DNA of 48,499 nucleotides from Halocafeteria seosinensis. Lineage: Eukaryota. Positions 1-10,886 of this stretch are shown piece by piece; the first letter of the stretch is position 1, and every line of letters starts with the position of its first letter. The position numbers and the translations under genes were made by a program. The stretch covers positions 1 to 48,499 of the forward strand of contig LVLI01000083.1 in the NCBI GenBank assembly GCA_001687465.1. Direction: 5' to 3'. Under the pieces are notes generated by a model that saw nothing but the letters and a program-made list of their open reading frames with translations, did no database searches and was not told the origin of the DNA.

Positions 1-387
1 CAAGCGAATCTCGAGTCACACGTAGCGCTCATGGAAGCACCACTTCAGGATTTTGTGACCTCGTTACCGAACTTAAGGGCGTTAGACTCAATACGGGTAA
101 TAACGACCAACAACATAACCAGTCTACTCGGACGGTGGGATACTTTAAAGTTCGTTGAAGTTCGACTACATAAAGTTCGGCTCACATTGCAGTTTCTCAT
201 GGAACATCACCCCTTCTACCAACAGAACATCCACATTGATGAAGACAATTTCCGGCGAATTCTGAGAGGGCCATGTTCCTTGCACAGTTTTGTGTTTCTC
301 GCAACATGTCGCCACCACCCACAAACACCGACTGGAGTGGAAGTAGACTCACCCGTACTGCGTGTAGGTTTGAGAATTCACGGGTGA
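1..387 (+). mobile_element. Helitron-associated DUF6570-like coding fragment (open at the window start, truncated or spliced at the 3' end)
   Basis: Frame 1 is open from nt 1: QANLESHVALMEAPLQDFVTSLP...VEVRLHKVRLTLQFLMEHHPFYQQNIHIDED. This resembles the DUF6570 pattern Q..GHv..fpq....LP...VRr.kV..aL.wL..nnp.Y..i.Id found upstream of Helitron Rep domains. No Rep or helicase follows in the window. Confidence 0.55.
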
Positions 388-544
388 ATGAATACCAACT
401 TCTACCAAGAATAAGTAGTTGAATTATGGACACTCGTGTTGAGAGACTTATGAGAGTGGCGTTGTGCTTCGCGTTATGCGTTTTCCGTTTCTTAGTAGGC
501 TGCGAAAGATATAACGGTGCGGATGTATTAACCATTTTACCGCG

Positions 545-3500
545 ATGAAATGCAGATGCCCTCAATGCCGAGAAACATTTGGAAAAAGAAGAGAGCTCAA
601 CCGGCACATGCGGAACATTCACCATATGAACGTCGGCTTTGGCAATGCAGCGACTAGCAACCGGTGCCCGCACTGCAATGTGCAAACATTCCGCAAGACT
701 GACGAGCTATACAGTCATCTCCGCTCGGAACATAACTTCCAAAAGGATGAGTATCGTCTTGATCCAGAAACAGGTACGTAATACCATCGCAGTCCCGCCC
801 TACGGGTGAGGGTAATGTATCGCGTGAAATGCTTGTTCTCGCAGCCACACGCACCATCATAAGTACCGAGAAGTATCCTCCAGTCGAGCAAAGGCACGTC
901 CACAGTATTGAGGAGCTAGTTAAATATTTGGACTTGACCATATTCCGGGAAGGAGTAACCTTGAGATCGCGTCAAGGCGCTATCAGATCGGGCACATACG
1001 GTACGGTTAACCCACAGTGCTGAATTTCACGAACGTTTGAAGTATCTCCACGATTGCCCGAACAGGAATCTTCATACGGTTCGACTGTGCCGAACCCGGG
1101 TGTTCGTATTCCATAAAAATGAGGGCTGAAACTAACGGTGATTCGGTCGGCTGTACCACACTCAAATATAGTTTAGTTAGAGTGGTTTCAGCTGGCCAAT
1201 TAGGACCCATGCTTGCAAACTCTAAAGAATTCGCAATACAGAAACTCCCAGGCCACACTTGTGATCATCAAGGTGCCCCAGAAAGCCGCCCTCGCCCGGA
1301 GCTCTTCATAACGCGGGCCTGTGTGGACTATCTTCATAAAATGGGGCACCGTAGTGCGGCAGACATTGCGAAACTCATCAGAGGTGACCTTCCCACAGTA
1401 GAGAACAGGCCATATCTGCCAAGAGGTAAGTATAATACGGTCTGATACCATATCCAGCCGCCATTGATTCATCTAATTGTTGAGTGCAGCGTTTAAGGAC
1501 TTCCTTTTGGACACTGAATCGATAAAAGATCAAGTGCAGCACCTCAATGTAAACGCAAATACGCTAATCCACGACGAAACCTCCGTAGACGCAATGTACC
1601 AGGAGAAGGTTCAGAGAAACCCATGTGACCCTTTCTTTCTCTTCTATAAGCCGGCGCATCGAACACCCGGCGATCCGTTCGGTCTGCTCCCTCGGGTGCC
1701 ACGCTGGTATTGGGAGGATGTGGAGGAAGAAGCCGTGATTATCGTCTTGGCTACACGGCACCAACTTTCCCAATTCCGTAACTCACAGGACAAGACAATT
1801 TACCTTGATGGCTCCTTCAAGAGGTCCAAGTAAGCAAACGCAAAAGACTGGGATTTGCTCAAATGTCGAAATATTCCTTAAGACACATGCAGGTACCCTC
1901 TTCGTTTAATCAACCTAGCGATTTTTGACGTCCGGGACAGGCAGCAGGTCATCGCGTCAGCGTTGATTTCCCGGGAGACAATTGATAATGTAACATTTGT
2001 GGCTTCTCTGGTGCGGCACGGAGTCCAGTACTTACACCCTGACGTTGACTGTGACCAACTGATCAAATTCTCCATGACTGACGATTCAGAAACACTAAGT
2101 ATATCCATAACGTCGGTCTTTCCCTCCTCCTTTAACCTACTTTGTATCGCGCATCTATTGGATGCATTAATATCCGGTCTCAAACGAAGCAAGGTCCCGG
2201 ACCAACTCCTGGAGGAGCTGCACGAACATTTCTGTAAATTGGCTTACAGAAATTTCACGCACACCCAAAGGAAGCGTCAAGAGTATGAAATGCTGCAGAA
2301 AATTGAAACGTACGAAAGAGAGGATCCCAACTGCGCACTTGCCCATCAATGGTACACGACGGAAATACTAGGACACAGTGACTGTGCTCCCCTAACAAGG
2401 TGGCTCCTGCGCTCCTTCATACAACGAGGGGAGCGATGGATGCGGTCTCTGAAAAGACGAAGGCGCACCCGGGAGAGGCTGCCTCCAGAGGTAGAGCTGC
2501 CGTTTACAAACAATATATCGGAATCTAGTTTTGGACGGCAGGTAAAGACGTTGGCGAAAAACACTCTATGCCGAAGTATTCCGAATGTCGCTGAATACAT
2601 CAGGCTTCTGGAGGAATTGGAGTGCACTCAGTACATTCATTCTGGGCATACAACCAGCGAGCATCAAGTTCGTAACCGGTATCCGATGAGGAAACACACA
2701 AACAACTCACGGCATCAAGGGCCACTCGAAGATCAAGAGACTCAGGTGCAACCAACGGAAAGTGAATCCACACATGATCACTGTCCACAGAATGAGCACA
2801 CCAGCACGCGAATGAATCAGGAATCCTCTGAAGAAGATGCGGTTGATATAACAGATGTTCCTTCTAACTCGCCTATGTTGTCGACGTCCAACCTGGCAGA
2901 CGATCCAAGCAGTACCAATGAGGCACACGAACAAAATCGCAAAGACTGCACCAGGTCTAACGAGGACCATATCGAAATAAGAGGAACCAGACACCAGCCT
3001 CCTGCTGTTCCGTGTCTACGTACAGACCTCCTCGATAGCCCATTCCTTCAGGGTGCAGATTTAGAGGAAGAAGTCTGGCTGGACGGGGTAACTGTTAGGC
3101 ATCTCCTTAGCGTACTAGATTGGCAAAGGTATGAGAAGCGTATCCGCTGTTTAGTCGTGGATCCAGGTACCATGTTACTTCTAGACAAGGATGGATGGAC
3201 CGACGAATGGACGCATTCCCTCATGCAATGCCCCATGGCAGTGGGCATTGCTCATGTACACGCAAACCATTTTGTCACGCTGGAATGGCATAGACCACAG
3301 CGGAAAGTGTACGTGTACGACAGTAAAAAAACAGTTGATCACAGCATCTGCGCCCAATGCCACCGTTTAGCAACGTTGATACCCTGTATATGGGAGGGCG
3401 TCGCTCAGAGAGATACCTTACACCCTTGGACGGTGTCCAGGGTAGCTGTGCCGTTGCAGCCAAATTCCTGCGACTGCGGCGTGTATGCAGCAGTGTTTGC

Positions 3501-4341
3501 ATGTTGCGCTATTCATCGCCTACCCATTCCCAGGGTTATGTCACAATTTAGGTCTCATTTTCGCCGACTATACCAGGATCCAAGCTTCCCAAATGATATG
3601 ACTACAGAAAGTTGGAATAATTTCTTCAGAGTACCTGACCGACGACGGAGCTGCCAATCCCGCTATTTCACGTCCATAGGACCACCACTTGATCTAAGGG
3701 AGAGTCCTCCTCAGCCAGCCCAGAGGATACACCATAAACAGCAAGCAGCCGAACGATCGCCGATTTCTACCGCAGCAGCCGAACTGCAAACTGAGGACCG
3801 TGCATCAACGACGGTGCATCCGCATGAGACTCTTCTTCACTCTGCCGTCACACACCAAGAACTTACACTTGGATTCCAAGAGAGCCGGCAAATTTTACAC
3901 AATATGGCCCAAGTTTCTCAACCAGGAACACCAACGGAACGGTCCCGCAGCTGCGTCGAAAAATTTCGAATGCTCTCCGCAGCTATTGACAATAACCCAT
4001 CATCCTTTTCTCTTTCAGCAAAGAGGAAATATGAGCAGGCACTTAACATGATGGAGGAGTTTGTAACCAGTGCCCAACCTTGGTACCACATGTCTCGTGG
4101 CCTTGCGGGTTTTGGAGAAATCCGCGAAACAGGCACACAATCGATCACACGGCAGATTCCAAATCAGCATCGAGAAACCAATAGAATGAGAAAAAACCCT
4201 GGGGTATATACGGCGCCCGCACCGAAGTCCAAGGAGACAAACAGCCGGAAAAGGGGACCACCTCGAAGTCCGCTTGCACGGGGAAATTCCAAGAAGAGAT
4301 CCCATAGGAGAACTCGCCATTCCAACAGAGAAAGATTATGA
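545..4341 (+). mobile_element. Mutator/MULE-family DDE transposase fused to two C2H2 zinc fingers, a putative WRKY/FLYWCH-like finger and a C-terminal Ulp1 (C48) protease; multi-exon
   Basis: C2H2 fingers CPQC..HMRNIH and CPHC..HLRSEH; further finger CAEPGC...GHTCDH. MULE motifs IYLDGSFKRSK|YPLRL (D1), SMTDDS (D2), LLCIAH (CxxH) and TNNISES (E). Ulp1 motifs HFV, YDS and QPNSCDCG. Frame-preserving GT-AG introns at 774-844, 1426-1489 and 1830-1892; a further junction near 955-1065 is unresolved. Confidence 0.85.
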
Positions 4342-4350
4342 ATACACACC

Positions 4351-4394
4351 CCATAGCGGCATGCGAGCTACGGTAGAGTTTGAAATGCTCTAGT
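4351..4394 (+). repeat. Helitron-like 3' terminus candidate (imperfect hairpin followed by CTAG|T)
   Basis: CCATAGC-ggcatgcga-GCTACGG (4351-4373), a 16-nt spacer, CTAG (4390-4393), then T. Confidence 0.35.
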
Positions 4395-5646
4395 ACGGCG
4401 GTTCAACACACCCTTTCTCCAAGCTACGGCAAGCCGGTCAAATCTGGCATCATGTTCCCATTCCGCACATTCATACGGTCTGTACTAATCTCGCCCTCGA
4501 AGCGCATAGCCAAAACGTAGTTGTCATGACGGAGATAGCCGAGTATAGTGGCTTCCAAAGATTTCCAGAGGCAACGATTACCACCCACTGCAAACGTCCA
4601 TCTTTAGGAAGGACCAAACGGAAAACAAAACGTCCCCACCAGTCGTCAAAAATGCACTACAATTATTGCCCAGGTGTGAATACAGTTATCTGCGATAGCC
4701 CCCTCCCCATCTCCCCATTGTTGTTAAGGTCCATTTTTCACTACCTTTTTCCACGCATCTCAGAGCAACAATATCACCATTGCAACACCGCTTAACGTTA
4801 TTGAGATGAGGATCATCAGGCCAATGGTTTCACTGTATCAGTCTCCGATCCAATCCACCACATGAGGAATTCATCGGACTGCCAACATAGCAGTACGTAA
4901 AGCAACGCGCCCTGCCGCTCATATTCGCCTTCGAATCGCTAAACCACTGAGTTCTACCGTCTGTACTCATCTGTTTCTTCTTTACATGGAAGTATACTGG
5001 AATAGTGAAAGGCAGAAGTCCCAATGTTATAGTGTTAAAAATTGCGCGCTAACGTCCACCATCCCCTGTCAACGTTCACCACGTTTGAAGTTGCCCCAGC
5101 CACCACATGAGGCATTCATAAGATGAACATTATCAAATTATTGACTGCAATAACAATATCTTCCAAATGGTGAAAAATGAATCCACTGTAATACTCGTGG
5201 TGTGGTCTAATACAATTCCTTCCCCACTGCATCCTCCACGGACTCGGTTTACCGTCTGTTTTGAACGACTCTCCTCGTATCCCAAACTTCATGAATTCGG
5301 CTTCCCTGGTGATCAACGCTTTCTATGACTACTTCCCCCACACTACAGACGGGAAGCACCACCATCATGCACAAAACTGTTGAATAAATACCTTTTAAAG
5401 TTCGTTGACCCCGGGTATCCCCCGTACCCGAAGGAAAGTTTGACAGTTCAGCACATTAGGATTTTGCGATGGTCCCATTTCCAAGCCAATCGAGCAATCA
5501 AATGTGCTACTTCACAGACGAGGTCTCTTAACGCATCACTTTCAGCTGGGCTGTATACAAGGTTATCCCCGTTGTCTTGGGGTATGAACCAGTAGATTAG
5601 ATAGATATTTGAGTGGACTATTTGATGGCACGGGAATAGTGGAAAA

Positions 5647-7359
5647 ATGGCGGTTGTATCGAGAAGACCAAAGCGACGAGCACTGTCGCCGCGGGACGAC
5701 AATGCGCTCGCTACGGACGAAACACCGTCTCTTTATGGAGCTTATTCACCACGATTAGACACGTCATGTGTCTCCAAATCAGCTCGATCATCGAGTACAG
5801 AGTACTCTCAAGAAAATGCAAAGGCCCACCAGCAGGAGAAAAGGGACAGAGACGCGGTATCGAGCTTTGTTGATAAAGAGGAGGGTGGGCTTGGAATTCA
5901 CATGGAGGATACGGGTGTTATCGGTTGGCTGGAAGCCACATTTGCCCCCTTCCGGCGAGTTCCTCTGCGGACCGATAAGCCCGCATTGCTTGGAAGATCT
6001 CTAAAAGTAGGAGTCCAAAGTGCGAGTATTCCTAGCAGACAAGTTCGCGTTGAGATGCTCACGTCGTCAGCGTCTTCCAGCTCCAGCTCCCCGGAAGATA
6101 TACAAGTTACAGTTGAAGCTACGACACTCGGAATCAATCCGTGCTCAATTCAGCGGCAAGGGAGAGCCAGTGGACAACCTGCAAAGGAAGCTTCTTCGTC
6201 CGCTGCTGCTAGTGCGTCGTCCCACTTCTTTCCCCTAACGGGATGTAGCTCCAAGGAAAGTATGAAGGAGACTGCGTTCCTTCTCCCTCAGCAATGCACC
6301 TCAACCATTCATCCTGGTGATATTCTTTACCTGGATACTCGCCACAATTATGGATTTAGGTTGCTCCCGAAAGATGCGAAACCTCAACAAGGAACGCAGG
6401 CCTGTCACGAAGGTGGGAGCACTCAGCCAACCACTCGTTGTAGCACACCTACTAAAGCCCAAACCAAGGAATGTGCCACCACAAACAACGCTGCATTGTC
6501 ATTGAGTCCACGTTGTACAGTACTCGGAAGAGTCCAAAGACGTTGCATTGAAGCGCGGCGTTCAGGATCTGCTGTTGATCTCGACACGGTTGACGAGAAT
6601 GGAGCTGTACACAGCCGGTTTTTTTCGCCCTGCAGGTCGTCTAATGGTTCAGAAAATATGCAATACGGAATCGCTGAGAAAGAGTCTAGTACACAGTGTG
6701 GGAAAAATCGCATCCAGAATGTGCACGCTGACTCAGTTGTTGATGAAACAGACCAAGGGCCTTCTCCGGACAGGATTCTTCCGCCACGATCTGAGGAAGA
6801 AAGGACGCAACCACAGTACATAGTTTGCTCCATCTGCCAGGAAACAGAGATGATGATACGGGGACAATTGCCCTGCTCGCATAGTTTCTGCTTTGATTGC
6901 ATATCAGCGTGGTCAAAGGTGTCCAATACGTGTTGTTTATGCAAGGAGCCGTTTGAGAAGATCGTTAAACGATCTCCCAAGGGGCATTATATGGATACGG
7001 TGAAAGTCGAGCCTCGCCAGTTTCATCATGAAGATCAAGACGATGTCGTTATTGACGAAGAGGTCGAGGGTTGCATGGTCTGTGACGGCTTAGAACATGA
7101 AGACCAAATGCTTTTGTGTGACCTGTGCGACGCAGCATACCATACTTTTTGCTTGAGGCCCCCACTCTCAAGGATCCCAGAAGGATCATGGTTTTGTCCG
7201 CCTTGTGCCGATGAAAGAAGGGAATTGCTTAGGCGTGATGCCTCGTTAATGAGAGAGCGGCAAGCTGCCTACCGGAGAGAAGAAGCGTACGAACGCCTCA
7301 AAAGGCGATGCCAAAGCACGCAACTGGTCGTCCTTGACAGCGACGACGATGATGATTGA
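5647..7359 (+). CDS. RING + PHD finger protein (PHRF1-like C-terminus) with an N-terminal PNKP/aprataxin-type FHA-like region
   Basis: RING CSIC..PCSHSFCFDC..CCLC; PHD CMVC..LLCDLCDAAYHTFC..WFCPPC. FHA-like motifs LLGR..IPSRQV..LGINP..IHPGDILYL. Confidence 0.85.
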   Translation: MAVVSRRPKRRALSPRDDNALATDETPSLYGAYSPRLDTSCVSKSARSSSTEYSQENAKAHQQEKRDRDAVSSFVDKEEGGLGIHMEDTGVIGWLEATFAPFRRVPLRTDKPALLGRSLKVGVQSASIPSRQVRVEMLTSSASSSSSSPEDIQVTVEATTLGINPCSIQRQGRASGQPAKEASSSAAASASSHFFPLTGCSSKESMKETAFLLPQQCTSTIHPGDILYLDTRHNYGFRLLPKDAKPQQGTQACHEGGSTQPTTRCSTPTKAQTKECATTNNAALSLSPRCTVLGRVQRRCIEARRSGSAVDLDTVDENGAVHSRFFSPCRSSNGSENMQYGIAEKESSTQCGKNRIQNVHADSVVDETDQGPSPDRILPPRSEEERTQPQYIVCSICQETEMMIRGQLPCSHSFCFDCISAWSKVSNTCCLCKEPFEKIVKRSPKGHYMDTVKVEPRQFHHEDQDDVVIDEEVEGCMVCDGLEHEDQMLLCDLCDAAYHTFCLRPPLSRIPEGSWFCPPCADERRELLRRDASLMRERQAAYRREEAYERLKRRCQSTQLVVLDSDDDDD

Positions 7360-7443
7360 TAGCGAGAGAAAGACATGGGCGCATGCATATGCGTCAGTGC
7401 TATTTCACCATAACAAATATTTTGCATTATGTGGTAGTGTATT

Positions 7444-8741
7444 CTATTCATCTACTAAGTTAGGGCCTCCTTGCTGACCGTGGGCGTCATGCGCTGCAAC
7501 AGAGACCGCCACGGACGCTTTGACCGAGGCTTTAGGTGATGCAACTGGAGATGGGCTACCCACCATCCTCAAAAGTGCAGCCGTAGACTCCCATGGCAAT
7601 CCTTTTAGCGCCTCACTAACTCCTTCTACATTCTTAATATAGCCGGCAAGTTTCGGATGTTCCACACATACAGCTCCGGGACACGATAAGAGGTTGTCTT
7701 GCCAAACTCCTCTTTCTTCTGTATATGACACTATCTCATCTAGTTCTTTCTCGGGAATTTCATAAAAGTGAACCCATGCGACATCCAATGCTTCGCAACG
7801 CTTGCCAGTTTCTGTATCGACAACGACAACTGCTGATAATACTTCAGACATCGAGTTACTTTGGGACTTGAGCATTTCCTTAGCCTCTCCTGTATCGCTT
7901 GGACTTCCCATTACTTTGTCCCTAGCATTCTCACTTCTGCGCACCCGGATCTTGTTATCTTCGCCACGTCTAGAGAACGCTTGCCGTGGAGCCACATTGC
8001 TTGCCACACCGGAGTTCGCTTTGGGGTTGACTACCTGGTGCGTTGCGATGAGTACGGAAGGTTGCTGAACCTTATTCATCACAGCGTTGATTTTTTCATG
8101 AGCCACGTTCAATGTGAACGATACAGGGTTCGATGAGATACAAGATGCATCGTCAATTCCATCGCTCATGCTAGTAAACGAGTATCCCATTTGTCCCAAA
8201 ATCGCTCGTCTGCTTCCGGATGGAGTGCACAATACTATATTACGATTTGTGCCGCTCCGTCCACTGGCTGTATTCTCGGAGTCTCTGCATGATAAAGAGA
8301 GTTAATACAAGTGAAACAACGCGTAACATACGGATTAGTCACTCACAACTGTAAATTCTTTTTCGCAGGTTCTTTAGGGGCCAATGTCTTCCGTCTCTTA
8401 TGAATCTTTTGGGATACCGGAGAGAGCATTGTATCCGTTGGAGACGATGGCCGTCCGCGGTCACTGTTGCCTCTTCCTCTTGGCTTCGCATTAGATGGAA
8501 TTCGAATATGATGGGGTATGGCAGCTCTGGCGGCAGTATTTTCGCCCTGGTGGAGAGGTTGTATCGAGACCCGATGCTGGTTTTCAGGGCCCTCACGTTT
8601 AACGCCTATCTTCTTTCCTTCCCCAGCTTGCGCTGACTTCTTACTAGCGAACGAGTTATTCTTGTCCGCCATATTAGAGGCAATGCCCTGATTTTCCTTG
8701 TCAACACACTTTTGGTCAAAACTATTCTCCTGCCCCTCCAT
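7444..8741 (-). CDS. Maf/ITPase-fold protein with degenerate catalytic motifs; 2 exons
   Basis: IVLCTPSGSRRAILGQMG (Maf ILASxSxRR), AHEKI, LIATHQVV (usually ADTVV), GSPSD (usually GKP), CPGA, GVSEALKGLP. Intron 8346-8285 (gtgagt...gcag) joins ORF 8343-8741 in frame to ORF 7444-8232. Confidence 0.8.
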
Positions 8742-9231
8742 TTCTATTCATTTAATCAATCCGTCACACACAACCACGCCCATGCAACAAGGATAATCCA
8801 TTTCATGTACATGCAGTAAGAGGTCGGGGGCTACCAAAACATGCTCGATAAAGCCGTATACAACATTTCTTGACGGAAAACGCGCGCTGGCCGTTTACCG
8901 AACTTCAACCCGAAGCAGTACAGCAGGCTAAGAAGAAGCTAGCTGACTCCCACTTCACTTCTTTGAAGTTTCGTGAAAATGTTTGTAAGCACTTAGTGTC
9001 TAGCAGCAGCGCATATTGAGGCAATTACTTGTACACATGTCGTAGCTACCAATTTGTTGCCCAGCGTTGTGGCGCCCGTTGCTACCTAAATTTAGCACAC
9101 ACACACAAATGTGTGTAGCGGCTCACATTGTCGTTGTCTTGGTTTACTGCATGCTTCGCCGAACGCATTTCGGGAAAGATACTGGGTAGTGACAAGTTAC
9201 AGTTGCTTATCCACTAAAATTATTTTACATT

Positions 9232-10266
9232 ATGCCTTCATTACTGGATATATACCTTGGAAAATGGCTACAGTATTATCCTGGTTGTAGCCCAGTTCCG
9301 GCGTCCTATAGATTCGGTCCAGACCTTGGTCGAACGGTCTCCTATTGGTCCAAAGTGGCGTCTGGGGCTAACAACAGCGAAGATAGCCAAACGCAACGGA
9401 TCTGCTCCTTACAATGGGCTCGATTCACACTGAACGTGAGTGACCTTAGATATCGTCCATTCCCGAATTTCCAGGGGGATGCCTGCCTGCGCAAATGGGA
9501 AGAAGAGCCAGACACACTACTGACGGAACTCCCCGCTTCCGTGCAGAAGCTTAAATTGTCAGATAACTCTCACTTGACGGACTCGACGTTTCAACATTTC
9601 TCGAACTTAACATCATTGGAGATAGGTAATTGCTTACTGGAAAAACATTCGGATAATATCGGTAGGCATGTTGTTTTCCGAAACCTGTCCAGTTACCGCC
9701 CTCCAGATATGGTGCCTTCCGTGCTAACAACTATAACTGATTCTGCGTTCCAACATGTATCAAAGCTGAGAATGTTGTGTATGTCGGAGTGCTCTCAGTC
9801 GACTATCACGGATGCTGCCTTTCAAAACTTGACCAACTTGACCAGGCTGGATTTGAGAGGATGCTATCAAAGTACGATAACTGATTCTGCGTTTCGACAT
9901 CTGTCCGGTTTGCGCTCACTGGAAATTGAGGGTACCAACCAACTTACAGACTCAACGCTTCAACACTTGTCCCAATTAACGTTCTTGAATATGGCAGGAT
10001 GCTTTCAGATAACAGATGCAGCTTTTCAACATTTGACCAATTTAAGAGCATTGGATATTGAGAGTTGTCATGGAATAACTGACGCTGCGTTTGAACATTT
10101 GCCAGGTTTGACTTGTTTGAATATGAAAAATTGCTACCAATCGAGCATAACGGACGTTGGTTTTGTGCATTTGCCCAACCTACAAGAACTGTGCATAAAG
10201 GGTTGCTTTCAGACTACTATCACGAACGCTACGTTAGGACGCTTTTGCGAGCGCACACTGTACTGA
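9232..10266 (+). CDS. Leucine-rich repeat protein (cysteine-containing LRR, FBXL14/AMN1-like repeats)
   Basis: About 8 repeats of ITDxAFxHLxxLxxLx(M/I)xxC; single ORF. Confidence 0.85.
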   Translation: MPSLLDIYLGKWLQYYPGCSPVPASYRFGPDLGRTVSYWSKVASGANNSEDSQTQRICSLQWARFTLNVSDLRYRPFPNFQGDACLRKWEEEPDTLLTELPASVQKLKLSDNSHLTDSTFQHFSNLTSLEIGNCLLEKHSDNIGRHVVFRNLSSYRPPDMVPSVLTTITDSAFQHVSKLRMLCMSECSQSTITDAAFQNLTNLTRLDLRGCYQSTITDSAFRHLSGLRSLEIEGTNQLTDSTLQHLSQLTFLNMAGCFQITDAAFQHLTNLRALDIESCHGITDAAFEHLPGLTCLNMKNCYQSSITDVGFVHLPNLQELCIKGCFQTTITNATLGRFCERTLY

Positions 10267-10886
10267 TTAAGGAACTCTTTGAACAAGCGTACGCTGTTTG
10301 CCATAGCGCCCTTCCTCAAGATACTTTTTTCTTTTAATAAATATTACTCGCTGGTACCGTCCCCGACGGTGTTGGTAAAAGTTTACAAGTTGTTGCATAC
10401 ACTTCAGTAGCGCCATATTCAGGCATCATAGTAGCGTTTACAGAAATCTGTTTCGCAAGGGGGTTCAACATTGAGACGTTCTGAGTCTCGAATGCGTTTT
10501 CGAGAAGCTTTATTGACTTCGACACGAAACGAGGTACACAAACAACTTTCGCTAGTTTTGCATTCCAGCATTTGTCAATTTGCAAACAATGAATATCGCA
10601 TGGTGTTCGCGTGTGAATAGAACGTTATTGAAGTACCATAATCGGTTCCCTCCAGATGAGCCATTGATTACCATCTAAGGACAAACGACTCTGCATTCTA
10701 CCTTTCACAATGGTATCTACCATTTGACGCGTTTGGTTGCCTGTAGATAATTTTAATGAGCTGGGATGATAGTTCGACCTGCAGCTATATTAAAGTGTAC
10801 GAACATCGTAATACTGTAAAGTCTAACATGCCTGATATATTGTACTTAGCATCAGCGGTCCCAGCACAATATTACAAGCTAACGGT

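Noticed and set aside
480..4626. 11-bp inverted match (gttttccgttt at 480-490 / aaacggaaaac at ~4617) as a MULE TIR
   Set aside because: Too short, does not extend, and no target-site duplication was seen.
4830..5370. Short minus-strand ORFs with a repeated N(A/S)SCGG motif
   Set aside because: There are stops in all frames and no recognisable family; at most a decayed gene.
10334..10585. 83-aa minus-strand ORF
   Set aside because: Non-ATG start and no recognisable motif.
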